In this document: in pieces, positions 19,580 through 27,894 of the stretch | How the letters are laid out: every line of letters starts with the position of its first letter | Position numbering within the stretch: the first letter of the stretch is position 1 | Source of the DNA: Thermodesulfobacteriota bacterium | GTDB taxonomy: Bacteria > Desulfobacterota_D > UBA1144 > Nemesobacterales > UBA2774 | Direction of reading: 5' to 3' | NCBI GenBank assembly: GCA_965216785.1 | Contig: OZ244197.1 | Location: 2,592,001 to 2,656,000, forward strand | Length of the DNA: 64,000 bases | Translations under genes and position numbers: made by a program | The notes under the pieces: generated by a model | What the model saw: the letters and a program-made list of their open reading frames with translations, nothing else | What the model was told of the DNA's origin: nothing | The model's database searches: none

Positions 19580-20767
19580 ATGAAAATAAGAGCTACGTTG
19601 ATCCTATTGAGCGTTTTTTTCTTCATCGGTTGTGCGAATATTAAAAGAAACCCTCTTCCTGAAAATAGGTCGTTGGATGCTGTTGTATTAAATACCAAAG
19701 GCATTCGCACGTACGCCGGGGAATTAGACCCTGAATTTCAGGAAGACCTTAAGTTATCCGTAATACAAGAGCTTGAAGAGCACGGTAAATATCCTGATTA
19801 TAAGGTTGATAACAGCATACTACTTTTATCGGGCGGCGGCGCCCACGGCTCATTCGGCGCGGGTTTTTTAAACGGCTGGACCAGCACCGGCACCAGGCCT
19901 GAATTTAAAATAGTTACGGGTATAAGCACGGGAGCGCTCATAGCCCCGGTTGCGTTTGTAGGAAGTCAGTATGATGACGTATTAAAAGAATTGTACACAG
20001 GGGTATCGACACAAGACGTTGCAAATGTGAGAGGAATCGCGACTCTCTGGAACGATTCCCTGGCCGACCCGGCCCCGCTTATGGAGATACTTGAGACTTA
20101 CATAAACAAATCATTCATCGATAAAGTAGCTCAGGCCCACAATGAAGGCAGGAGGCTATATTTAGGAACTACCAATCTGGACGCCCAAAGGCTGGTTATC
20201 TGGAACATGGGTTTACTTGCTAATATTGATGATCCCAGAGTCCCCGAGCTATTCCGAAAGATAATGCTTGCGTCCTCTTCTATACCTATCGTTTTCCCAC
20301 CCGTAATGGTGGATGTGGAATTAGACGGGCTCGAATTTGATGAGATGCACGTTGACGGAGGGGTCATAACCCAAGTCTTTTTTCACCTTGCCATAGTGGA
20401 TATTAAAGAGATAAGAAATGAATTAATGGACGGTTCCATCCCTGTAGAAAAAGGAAAAATATTTCTAATCATGAACGGGACCATTTTGCCGATTTCCGAC
20501 CAAATTAACAGAAAAATACTAGATATTACTGAACGCTCCCTATCTACTATGATTAAATCCTCTGCTATAAACGACCTGAGGAGAATTTACTATTTGGCCA
20601 AAAAGGAAGATCTGGACTTTAACTACGTAGGAATACCTGAGGGCTTTGAATTTACGGCGACAGAACCATTTGATCGTTTAGAGATGATAGAGCTATATAA
20701 TCTGGGATACGGAATCGGCTCCTCAAGCGATAGATGGCAGCATGAAGTTCCCGGAGATGTACAATAA
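19580..20767 (+). CDS. Patatin-like phospholipase, lipoprotein
   Basis: SGGGAHG oxyanion motif, GISTG nucleophile, ASSSIP, DGG; lipobox FIGC. Confidence 0.93.
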   Translation: MKIRATLILLSVFFFIGCANIKRNPLPENRSLDAVVLNTKGIRTYAGELDPEFQEDLKLSVIQELEEHGKYPDYKVDNSILLLSGGGAHGSFGAGFLNGWTSTGTRPEFKIVTGISTGALIAPVAFVGSQYDDVLKELYTGVSTQDVANVRGIATLWNDSLADPAPLMEILETYINKSFIDKVAQAHNEGRRLYLGTTNLDAQRLVIWNMGLLANIDDPRVPELFRKIMLASSSIPIVFPPVMVDVELDGLEFDEMHVDGGVITQVFFHLAIVDIKEIRNELMDGSIPVEKGKIFLIMNGTILPISDQINRKILDITERSLSTMIKSSAINDLRRIYYLAKKEDLDFNYVGIPEGFEFTATEPFDRLEMIELYNLGYGIGSSSDRWQHEVPGDVQ

Positions 20768-20848
20768 TTATGAGAATTCAAGAAAATGATGGTGGCTTTT
20801 ACAGTTTTTGAAACTTCTGTCATACAAATAAAAGAGGAGGTAGTAGAT

Positions 20849-21550
20849 ATGAGATCCAATATATTTATGTTTTCTATTTTTTTGGTTTTAGTAGCTTTAT
20901 TTTCGTTCGGGTGCGCCAAAACTCATGAGAGTGACAAGCCATTGCCAAAAGGCTTCATTTCAGATTTATCACAGCTTGAGGAAGACCCTGAAGGCAAGGT
21001 TGCACTCGTTTATGTCAACGAGAACATTGATTTTTCTTCTTACGACAAGGTATGGCTAGAAACTATCACGATTTATGTTTTTGAAGGATCAAAACTGGCC
21101 GATTTGCCTGAAGAAAAGCTTAACAATCTTGTGGCATATATGAAAGAAGCTTTGGAAAGAGAGCTGGGCAAGAATAATCAAATAGTTGAACAAGCAGGCC
21201 CTGGTGTCGCGCAAGTCAGATTCGCGCTGACTGAAGTTTCGGGCTCAAATGCTCTTATGGATACGGTAACGACTGTAGCGCCGCCCGCAAGGGCATTCAG
21301 TGAGTTAAAAAAACTTGTAACCGGAAAACACGCAGCAGTCGGGCAGGCGGCATTTGAAGGCGAAGCGCTGGATTCAGTTACCGGAGAAAGAATCGCGGCC
21401 GCCATGGGAGTAAGATCAGGCGGTAAGGCAGTTAAGACAAACTTTGATGAGTATCGAGACGTTAAAGCTGCAGTCGACGCTTGGGCAGCCAACATGAGTG
21501 AAAGATTTGAGAGATTGAAACAGAGAAGCGCCGGAAACGGACAGTCTTAA
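20849..21550 (+). CDS. DUF3313-like lipoprotein
   Basis: GAGGAGG RBS, lipobox SFGC, GFISDLSQL, YDKV, E.EALDSVTGERIAA. Confidence 0.8.
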   Translation: MRSNIFMFSIFLVLVALFSFGCAKTHESDKPLPKGFISDLSQLEEDPEGKVALVYVNENIDFSSYDKVWLETITIYVFEGSKLADLPEEKLNNLVAYMKEALERELGKNNQIVEQAGPGVAQVRFALTEVSGSNALMDTVTTVAPPARAFSELKKLVTGKHAAVGQAAFEGEALDSVTGERIAAAMGVRSGGKAVKTNFDEYRDVKAAVDAWAANMSERFERLKQRSAGNGQS

Positions 21551-21680
21551 GAAAACATTGCTCTTTTTAATTATTCGCACGTTTTAGGCTGCTTATCACT
21601 TGCGGCGACTTATGCTTTCTGAGTAGATGGGTTATCCGGCCTTATAGTCTTAGTTACTGAAGACGGAATAACCCGTTTAC

Positions 21681-22199
21681 TCAATTGATAAACATCCTCA
21701 TCAACACGAGTGTTAGAGCGATCAGTACAAACCCGACACCTCCGAGAATGCGCAGTATCAAGTTTTCGGTTCTATATTTTAAAATTGTGAATCCATAGTA
21801 AAAGAGTAGCGAGATAATAATGACTATTGAAACCTTGTAAGCTGCCTTTATTCCTAACAGACCTATCTTGGACAGAGCAAATACTATTATTATAGGGAAG
21901 AGCTCTACAGCCACATAGATAAGCTCCTTCAAGTAGGAGATTCTTTCCTCATGCTCCAAAGCGCGTTTTTCTACGATAGATTTACTAACCATATTTGAGA
22001 ATATCCTGAGGGAATTTATACATAGCACCGTCCAAGAAATAACTATTACGCTCTCGATCGGGCCTGGCGGATTTTCCTGCAGAACTACCAGAAGAACTAA
22101 AATGATTACCGATGCCGTAACCGCGCTTGACACATATGCCTGTGAAAGAATTATAGAAAGGATACGCGTTTTAATAATCGATAAACGGTAGGATATCAT
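21681..22199 (-). CDS. Hypothetical membrane protein (about 5 TM)
   Basis: Hydrophobic helices; lies downstream of box copy 3. Confidence 0.7.
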   Translation of the reverse strand: MISYRLSIIKTRILSIILSQAYVSSAVTASVIILVLLVVLQENPPGPIESVIVISWTVLCINSLRIFSNMVSKSIVEKRALEHEERISYLKELIYVAVELFPIIIVFALSKIGLLGIKAAYKVSIVIIISLLFYYGFTILKYRTENLILRILGGVGFVLIALTLVLMRMFIN

Positions 22200-22273
22200 T
22201 ATCTATGTCCTGCCTAATTCAGAAGCCACAAAAGGGAATTTAATTTAGATTAATGCTTCTAAATAGTCACAAT

Positions 22274-22290
22274 ACATCAAAAATCGGCAA
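22274..22290 (-). promoter_or_regulatory. 17-bp box copy 3 (TTGCCGATTTTTGATGT on the minus strand)
   Basis: Identical copy 30 nt after the AraC stop codon and 74 nt before start 22199. Confidence 0.8.
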
Positions 22291-22320
22291 TCTTGTTGAG
22301 TACAAACGTGTCAGATGGAA

Positions 22321-23283
22321 TTACATCTGCCTTGTTGTTTCAGATGGAAGCTCTCCGAACAGTGACCTGTAGTCTTTGGCGAATTGCCCCAAGTGCCAGA
22401 ATCCCCACTTGTTGGCAATATCCGAAATATTCTTTTCGTCCGGGGGAGTTTTTCTTAAATCTCTCCGCACTTGATTTAACCTTATCATTTTAACAAATGA
22501 TTTGGGAGAAATACCGAAATACTCATTGAATGCGTATCGGAGTGTACGCTCACTCACAAAAGCCGCCCTGCAAAGATCCCTGACAGTAATATCGTTGTAC
22601 CTATAAGCTTCCAGATAGTCTCGTACCCTTCTAATAGTCATATATCTCTGTCTTGGAGAAGGCTTTTTCTCTTTTGTATCCTTACTCGATAAAGCTAGAA
22701 TGATAGCACGAGGAATTTCGTATTCTATTTCATATAGTACTTGCGCTTCACTCATGTTAGGAGCATTCTGCTTTAAATCCCCAATCACATTGTCTACGGT
22801 GCATTGGAGTTTTACAATAGAATCCGGATTGCAGTTAACAACTTCTGCTTGTTTTAATATATCCGTATCGTTACCCTGACCAAGTGTATCGATAACATCC
22901 AAAAGTAATTCCTCTTTATATGAAAGTGTCATCACATCAAAACCCGGTGGAGATTGAGAATCAAGCTCACAGTTTTCGGGGAATACCATAATATTATTTT
23001 TTTGGGTTTCGTGTCCGTGCCAGATAATATTAGGAGATTGGCTTGATAATATACCAAAAGTCCTAAGCCCGAGAGGAGAATGGCCCCTCTGGTCGAGCTT
23101 GCGGCCGAGTTTCGCTTGATTTATTTGCCAGCTTTGAGACCTAACTTGCAGTAAATTAGCCCGAAATTCACCCGAGTCAATCTGGCGAAAATCTAAATCC
23201 CAGGGTTTTGTATTCTGAGCAAAATGATCAAAGTCAGTAAATTGTTCATTTATAACAACGTATCCGCCTAACTCTGCGTCCAT
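22321..23283 (-). CDS. AraC-family transcriptional regulator, EutR-like
   Basis: C-terminal VSERTLRYAF...GISP...RLNQVRRDL and WGFWHLGQFAKDYRSLFGELPSET; N-terminal WDLDFRQI..G.F; ATG 23283 with GAGGGG. Confidence 0.93.
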   Translation of the reverse strand: MDAELGGYVVINEQFTDFDHFAQNTKPWDLDFRQIDSGEFRANLLQVRSQSWQINQAKLGRKLDQRGHSPLGLRTFGILSSQSPNIIWHGHETQKNNIMVFPENCELDSQSPPGFDVMTLSYKEELLLDVIDTLGQGNDTDILKQAEVVNCNPDSIVKLQCTVDNVIGDLKQNAPNMSEAQVLYEIEYEIPRAIILALSSKDTKEKKPSPRQRYMTIRRVRDYLEAYRYNDITVRDLCRAAFVSERTLRYAFNEYFGISPKSFVKMIRLNQVRRDLRKTPPDEKNISDIANKWGFWHLGQFAKDYRSLFGELPSETTRQM

Positions 23284-23685
23284 AGATCCCCTCAACACTA
23301 ATCAAACTTCTTCTTTATTATTATACAATAATATGAAAACTTTGCTGTTTGTTGATGATGTTAGTCCGGGGCTTTCGGAAATATTTTATATTCAGTAAAA
23401 ATGGTTAAGCGTATTATCTATGTACTCTATCCCAATTCAGAGCAAAGAGGCGGCTCATTCCTATTTAATGAATTATACTGCTCAGGTTACCGGGTGGCCT
23501 TTCGTATGAAAACGAGACCTTATACAAGTTTTTCTCATTCTGAGTTAAGGTGCGTTAAGGATATGAACTGAATTCAACTCAACATACCGTATTTACTACT
23601 TTAAATTTACTGAATTCTTCATCCAAACCGATTCCCATCGTTAATCGTTATTGATCATTATCCCTCAATCATGTTATTGTTAAAA

Positions 23686-23702
23686 TTGCCGATTTTTGAT
23701 GT
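23686..23702 (+). promoter_or_regulatory. 17-bp box copy 4 (TTGCCGATTTTTGATGT), upstream of the MBL hydrolase operon
   Basis: Identical copy ending 99 nt before ATG 23802. Confidence 0.8.
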
Positions 23703-23801
23703 AGTTAGTGTAAACCATATTGTAGATTTATTCATTACTTACAATACTATGGTTTAAATACTAATCATCAGACTTTTTCAAAACTGTCATTGGGGGGAAT
23801 T

Positions 23802-25238
23802 ATGAGAAAATTATTTGTATTAGCATTGTTTCTATTGGTTGGGGGAACGATGCTTTATGTTGCAAACGCGCAGGATCAGGCACAGAAACAAAAAGGTGTT
23901 ACCAAAGGCTCTGTAGTTGAGGTAGTCGAGGACTTTGAGGGAGCCGAATTTGAGCAGGATCAGAAAGCTATCGAAAACACCATGATGGGCGGAGTGCCCG
24001 CGGGGCGTTGGAAGGAAGGGCTTTTATTCGAAGGCATAGAACCGCAGCCTTGGCTTAAAAGCGCGGCAAACTGGATGCCGGGAACAGAGAAAGTACAGCC
24101 TGAAGAGATGAGGATTACGTTCATGGGCACTGCTCCTATGCTGAGACCGGGACAGATGAACACATCTATCTATGTCGAGCTGGGAAACGGCGACAGTTTC
24201 ATATTCGATATGGGTGAAGGCGCTGTATCTAATTATATGGCATCCGGCATACCCATAAACAAGTTAAACGACATATTCCTAACTCACCTTCACGTTGACC
24301 ATTATGGTTCTATTCCATGGGTATATGCTTTCGGCGCATGGGCCGGACGCTGGCACGAGCCGCTCAGGATTACCGGGCCTTCTGGCAGAACCGAGAAAGA
24401 CGGCGTTGCCTATATGATAGAGGGAATGAAGATGATGATGCACTGGCACCGTGAGGCGTTCAGTGTATTCCCGACAGCCTGGGAAATCGAAGTAAACGAG
24501 TTTGATTTCGCGGACGCTGGTGGAACCGCTTACGACAAAAACGGTGTAAAGGTAATACACTGGCCCGCCTCACACGCAAAAGACGGGGCCTCAGGTTACA
24601 GGCTAGATTGGAATGGTCTTAGTTTTTGCTACACAGGTGATACGCGCCCTAATACACTGGACATTAAATACTGTAAGGGTGTGGATGTTATGATTTCAGA
24701 AACTCAGCCCGAGGTCGTTGCCATAAGCTCGGGTGTTCAGGGTGTCCCACCTTTTGTCGGACGCTACACTATTGACACTCACCACACCCCATCATACGCG
24801 GCGGGTTATATTTTCAACCAGGTAAAGCCCCGTATGGCGATGACCACTCACATGCCCTATGACCCTTATATAAATGCCGAGACAATCGCTGAGGTCAGGG
24901 AACACTGGAAGGGACCATTCCATTTCGGCGCCCCTGATATGGTTGTAGTGAACGTAACTAAGGATCAAATTTGGGTAAGAGACGGAGTAATTCCTGACTA
25001 TCCCAATGTCAGGGCTCCAAGCGCAAAGGCCTCTGTTGATAAGTACGGCGGCCTGATCGTACCGGTTCCACCGTTTCAACGTGAAGACCTACAGGCACAA
25101 TCAATCCGCGATGCTGAGATTGACCCAAAAAAGTACTACCCCAAGGGTTATCATCCCGAGCTCATGGAGCACTGGCCTGTGGACAAACCGCTCTTTATCC
25201 CGGAAGACAAGATTCCTCCGAGCATGAAAGGAGAGTAA
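23802..25238 (+). CDS. Secreted MBL-fold metallohydrolase (RNase Z/AtsA-like, resembles the GntH-like family)
   Basis: Signal peptide (ANA-Q), FMGT, FDMGEG, THLHVDH, YTGDT, HHT, MTTH. Confidence 0.85.
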   Translation: MRKLFVLALFLLVGGTMLYVANAQDQAQKQKGVTKGSVVEVVEDFEGAEFEQDQKAIENTMMGGVPAGRWKEGLLFEGIEPQPWLKSAANWMPGTEKVQPEEMRITFMGTAPMLRPGQMNTSIYVELGNGDSFIFDMGEGAVSNYMASGIPINKLNDIFLTHLHVDHYGSIPWVYAFGAWAGRWHEPLRITGPSGRTEKDGVAYMIEGMKMMMHWHREAFSVFPTAWEIEVNEFDFADAGGTAYDKNGVKVIHWPASHAKDGASGYRLDWNGLSFCYTGDTRPNTLDIKYCKGVDVMISETQPEVVAISSGVQGVPPFVGRYTIDTHHTPSYAAGYIFNQVKPRMAMTTHMPYDPYINAETIAEVREHWKGPFHFGAPDMVVVNVTKDQIWVRDGVIPDYPNVRAPSAKASVDKYGGLIVPVPPFQREDLQAQSIRDAEIDPKKYYPKGYHPELMEHWPVDKPLFIPEDKIPPSMKGE

Positions 25239-25249
25239 AAGAATATATT

Positions 25250-25314
25250 GCCGGGGCGCTCACCGCTTAAAAGCTAAGATCCCCTTACTGGCTTGTGGCG
25301 TCCCGGTATTTTTT
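25250..25314 (+). terminator. Long interrupted hairpin plus U-tract after the MBL hydrolase gene
   Basis: GCCGGGGCGC-t-CAC pairs with GTGGCGTCCCGGT; inner AAGCTAAG/CTTActgGCTT stem; followed by ATTTTTT. Confidence 0.6.
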
Positions 25315-25353
25315 CAATTGTGATGTACTATGACAAAACAAAGGAGGGTACAA

Positions 25354-25932
25354 ATGTTTAAAATTAAAAGGATAAATGTTATACCGTTATTATTTTTACT
25401 TCTAACAACACTTGCAGTTTCTGCTGACGACAGCAAGATAGAAAAAGAGCAGAATAAAGTAAGGGAGAAATCAACTGAAACGCTGGCAAAGCTCTATCAG
25501 GCCGAGCCGAGAGCAAAAAACGCTGTAGAAAGCGCTTATGGATACGCCACATTTAGTAATTTTGGGATGAAGATACTCGTAGCTGGCGGAGGCAAAGGCC
25601 AGGGATTGGCTGTGAATAATAAAACAGGTGCCGAGACATTTATGAAAATGATTGAAGTTCAGGCGGGGTTAGGCATGGGAATAAAGAAATTCTTAGTCGT
25701 ATTCGTATTTGGAAACGAAAGCGCATTTAATGATTTTGTAAACTCTGGCTGGGAGTTCGGCGGACAGACGACGGCCGCGGCCAAATATGACGACGAGGGC
25801 GGCGCTCTTGCCGGAGCTGTTAGCGTTTCCCCTGGTGTTTGGGTATATCAGATGACCGAGGACGGGCTTGCGCTTGAGCTTACGATGAAAGGCACCAAGT
25901 ACATGAAAGATGACAAGCTAAACCAGAATTAG
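25354..25932 (+). CDS. YSC84/SYLF lipid-binding domain protein, exported
   Basis: AGGAGG RBS, signal peptide, AYGYATF, GGGKGQG, QAGLGMG, GWEFGGQ, GTKY. Confidence 0.85.
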   Translation: MFKIKRINVIPLLFLLLTTLAVSADDSKIEKEQNKVREKSTETLAKLYQAEPRAKNAVESAYGYATFSNFGMKILVAGGGKGQGLAVNNKTGAETFMKMIEVQAGLGMGIKKFLVVFVFGNESAFNDFVNSGWEFGGQTTAAAKYDDEGGALAGAVSVSPGVWVYQMTEDGLALELTMKGTKYMKDDKLNQN

Positions 25933-25960
25933 CTCTATTTGAAAGGAGGGGTAGTGAGAG

Positions 25961-26761
25961 ATGAAGAGGATTTTTTGTTCAGTACTGCTTTGTACTATTT
26001 TAGCTCTTAATCAAAACGTTTCAGCAGATCAAGAAGAAGACCTGGCAAAACAGGCTCAAAACCCAATTGCCGATCTGATTAGCTTACCGTTTCAAAACGA
26101 TATCAACTTTAACCTTGGGCCACACAACCGCACCCAGAATATCTTAAACATTCAGCCGGTTATCCCCTTTAACCTAAGTGAAAAATGGAACCTAATTACG
26201 AGGACTATCGCCCCTTTGATATATCAGCCGGACGTTACCAGAAGCAGCGGCGGCGAGTTCGGGCTCGGAGATATAAACACAACCCTTTTTCTATCCCCTG
26301 CCAAGGAATCAACGGTTACATGGGGCTTAGGACCCATAATCTCTTTTCCCACAGCCACCGATAAATCCCTCGGCACGGATAAGTGGTCAGCCGGCCCTTC
26401 CCTTGTTCTGTTAACTACACCGGGTCCATGGGTGCTGGGTTTTCTTACAAGCAACATCTGGTCATTCGCTGGAGACAGCGACAGAGCTGACGTGAATCAG
26501 TTTCTGCTTCAATATTTTATTAACTACAATTTCCAGGGTGGCTGGTACCTATCTTCAACCCCTATCAATACCGCGAACTGGGAAGCAGATGACGGCAACA
26601 GGTGGACAATCCCCATAGGGGGAGGCCCGGGAAAGGTCTTCAGGGTTGGCAAGCTACCAGTGAATTTTAGGACACAGGTCTATTACAATGTTGAGAAACC
26701 TGATCTGGGACCGGAATGGACGCTCAGGCTGCAGCTACAGTTCCTATTCCCTAAAAAATAG
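25961..26761 (+). CDS. Outer-membrane beta-barrel transporter-like protein
   Basis: LAKQAQNPIADLISLPFQ, QPVIPF, GLGDI, PTATD..LG..KW..GP, C-terminal LQFLFP. Confidence 0.8.
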   Translation: MKRIFCSVLLCTILALNQNVSADQEEDLAKQAQNPIADLISLPFQNDINFNLGPHNRTQNILNIQPVIPFNLSEKWNLITRTIAPLIYQPDVTRSSGGEFGLGDINTTLFLSPAKESTVTWGLGPIISFPTATDKSLGTDKWSAGPSLVLLTTPGPWVLGFLTSNIWSFAGDSDRADVNQFLLQYFINYNFQGGWYLSSTPINTANWEADDGNRWTIPIGGGPGKVFRVGKLPVNFRTQVYYNVEKPDLGPEWTLRLQLQFLFPKK

Positions 26762-26830
26762 ATTAATATGAGGAAAAGGCAGTTCCCCAATAACAGAAAA
26801 ACTTTTACGAAACATTGGAGGTAAGGAGAG

Positions 26831-27883
26831 ATGGAGATGAGAAAAATATGTGCGGACAAAGTTATAAGCCATAAAACTTGGCGTGCTGCCTTACAGGGTT
26901 TATTTTTTCTGTTCATTATGGCAAGTTTATTACCGTTCTCAGCGCTTGCTGAAGAGACCGGCCAAACAGGCAGTACATTCCTTGAGGACAAGCTCAACAC
27001 CGCACGCGAATATGAGCTCGCGGGCAGTTATGCGTTTTCAGACAACGCAGTAGCGCAGGCTGACGAAGCGGAATTCAACGAAGAGTCCAGGGGAACCAAG
27101 CCCTATCTGAGCGGCTCGGGAGGATACTACGGGGACAAAGACTGGCAGGCGTTCGTCGCTCTTTACATGTGGTTTGTGGGGATGAACGGCGAGACCGGTA
27201 AGGGCAATAGGGTCGCCGATGTTGACGTCGGTTTCGGGGATATATGGGATAACCTCGATTTTGGTTTTCAGGCGCACATCGAAGTATGGTACAAGAAGGT
27301 CATTTTCTTTATTGACCCCTTATACATGAACCTCTCGTCTAAAAACAAGAACACTCGTGTAGTGAGCTCTCTTCGCTCCGATCTAGATCTTGAAATGTTT
27401 ATGATGGATATGGCGGCAGGCTACAGAGTGGCGGAAGTTCCACTCGGAAGCGGCACGCAATCAAACAATTTTAAAACTTGGCCTTCGCTTGCTGTGGACG
27501 TCTACGGCGGAGGAAGACTGGTTAGCCTCGATTCAAAACTCGATCTTACTCTTGAGACCCCAATCGGCACACGTGGACAAAGGATAAAACTGAGTGAGAC
27601 ATGGTTTGATTTCATTGTGGGCACAAGACTCATGTTTGATTTCACAGAGAACCTTCTACTTAGCGTAAAGTCAGATATAGGTGGTTTCGGTCTTGGATTC
27701 TCATCCGACATCGACTGGAACTTCGCGGCAAACCTCGGATACCAGCTCCCGTGGTGGGGTATAACGCCTTACGTCGGTTATAGGGTATTATATTTAGACT
27801 ATAAAGACGGAAGCGGCGACAACAAATTCGTTTATAAAGTATGGAATACAGGCCCTCAAATTGGTCTAGGAGTTAGGTTCTAG
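26831..27883 (+). CDS. Outer-membrane beta-barrel protein
   Basis: Signal peptide, Y.W..G..G, W.D.IVG, DIGGFG.G, GYRVLYLDY, C-terminal GP.IG.GVRF (terminal Phe). Confidence 0.82.
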   Translation: MEMRKICADKVISHKTWRAALQGLFFLFIMASLLPFSALAEETGQTGSTFLEDKLNTAREYELAGSYAFSDNAVAQADEAEFNEESRGTKPYLSGSGGYYGDKDWQAFVALYMWFVGMNGETGKGNRVADVDVGFGDIWDNLDFGFQAHIEVWYKKVIFFIDPLYMNLSSKNKNTRVVSSLRSDLDLEMFMMDMAAGYRVAEVPLGSGTQSNNFKTWPSLAVDVYGGGRLVSLDSKLDLTLETPIGTRGQRIKLSETWFDFIVGTRLMFDFTENLLLSVKSDIGGFGLGFSSDIDWNFAANLGYQLPWWGITPYVGYRVLYLDYKDGSGDNKFVYKVWNTGPQIGLGVRF

Positions 27884-27894
27884 AGGTCGAGGAT

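Noticed and set aside
22321-23283. Classical eut (ethanolamine utilisation) operon
   Set aside because: No ethanolamine ammonia-lyase or microcompartment genes; the similarity is limited to the regulator subfamily.
23802-25238. Guanitoxin biosynthesis cluster
   Set aside because: Only a GntH-like hydrolase is present; there are no PLP enzymes, kinase or methyltransferases of that pathway nearby.
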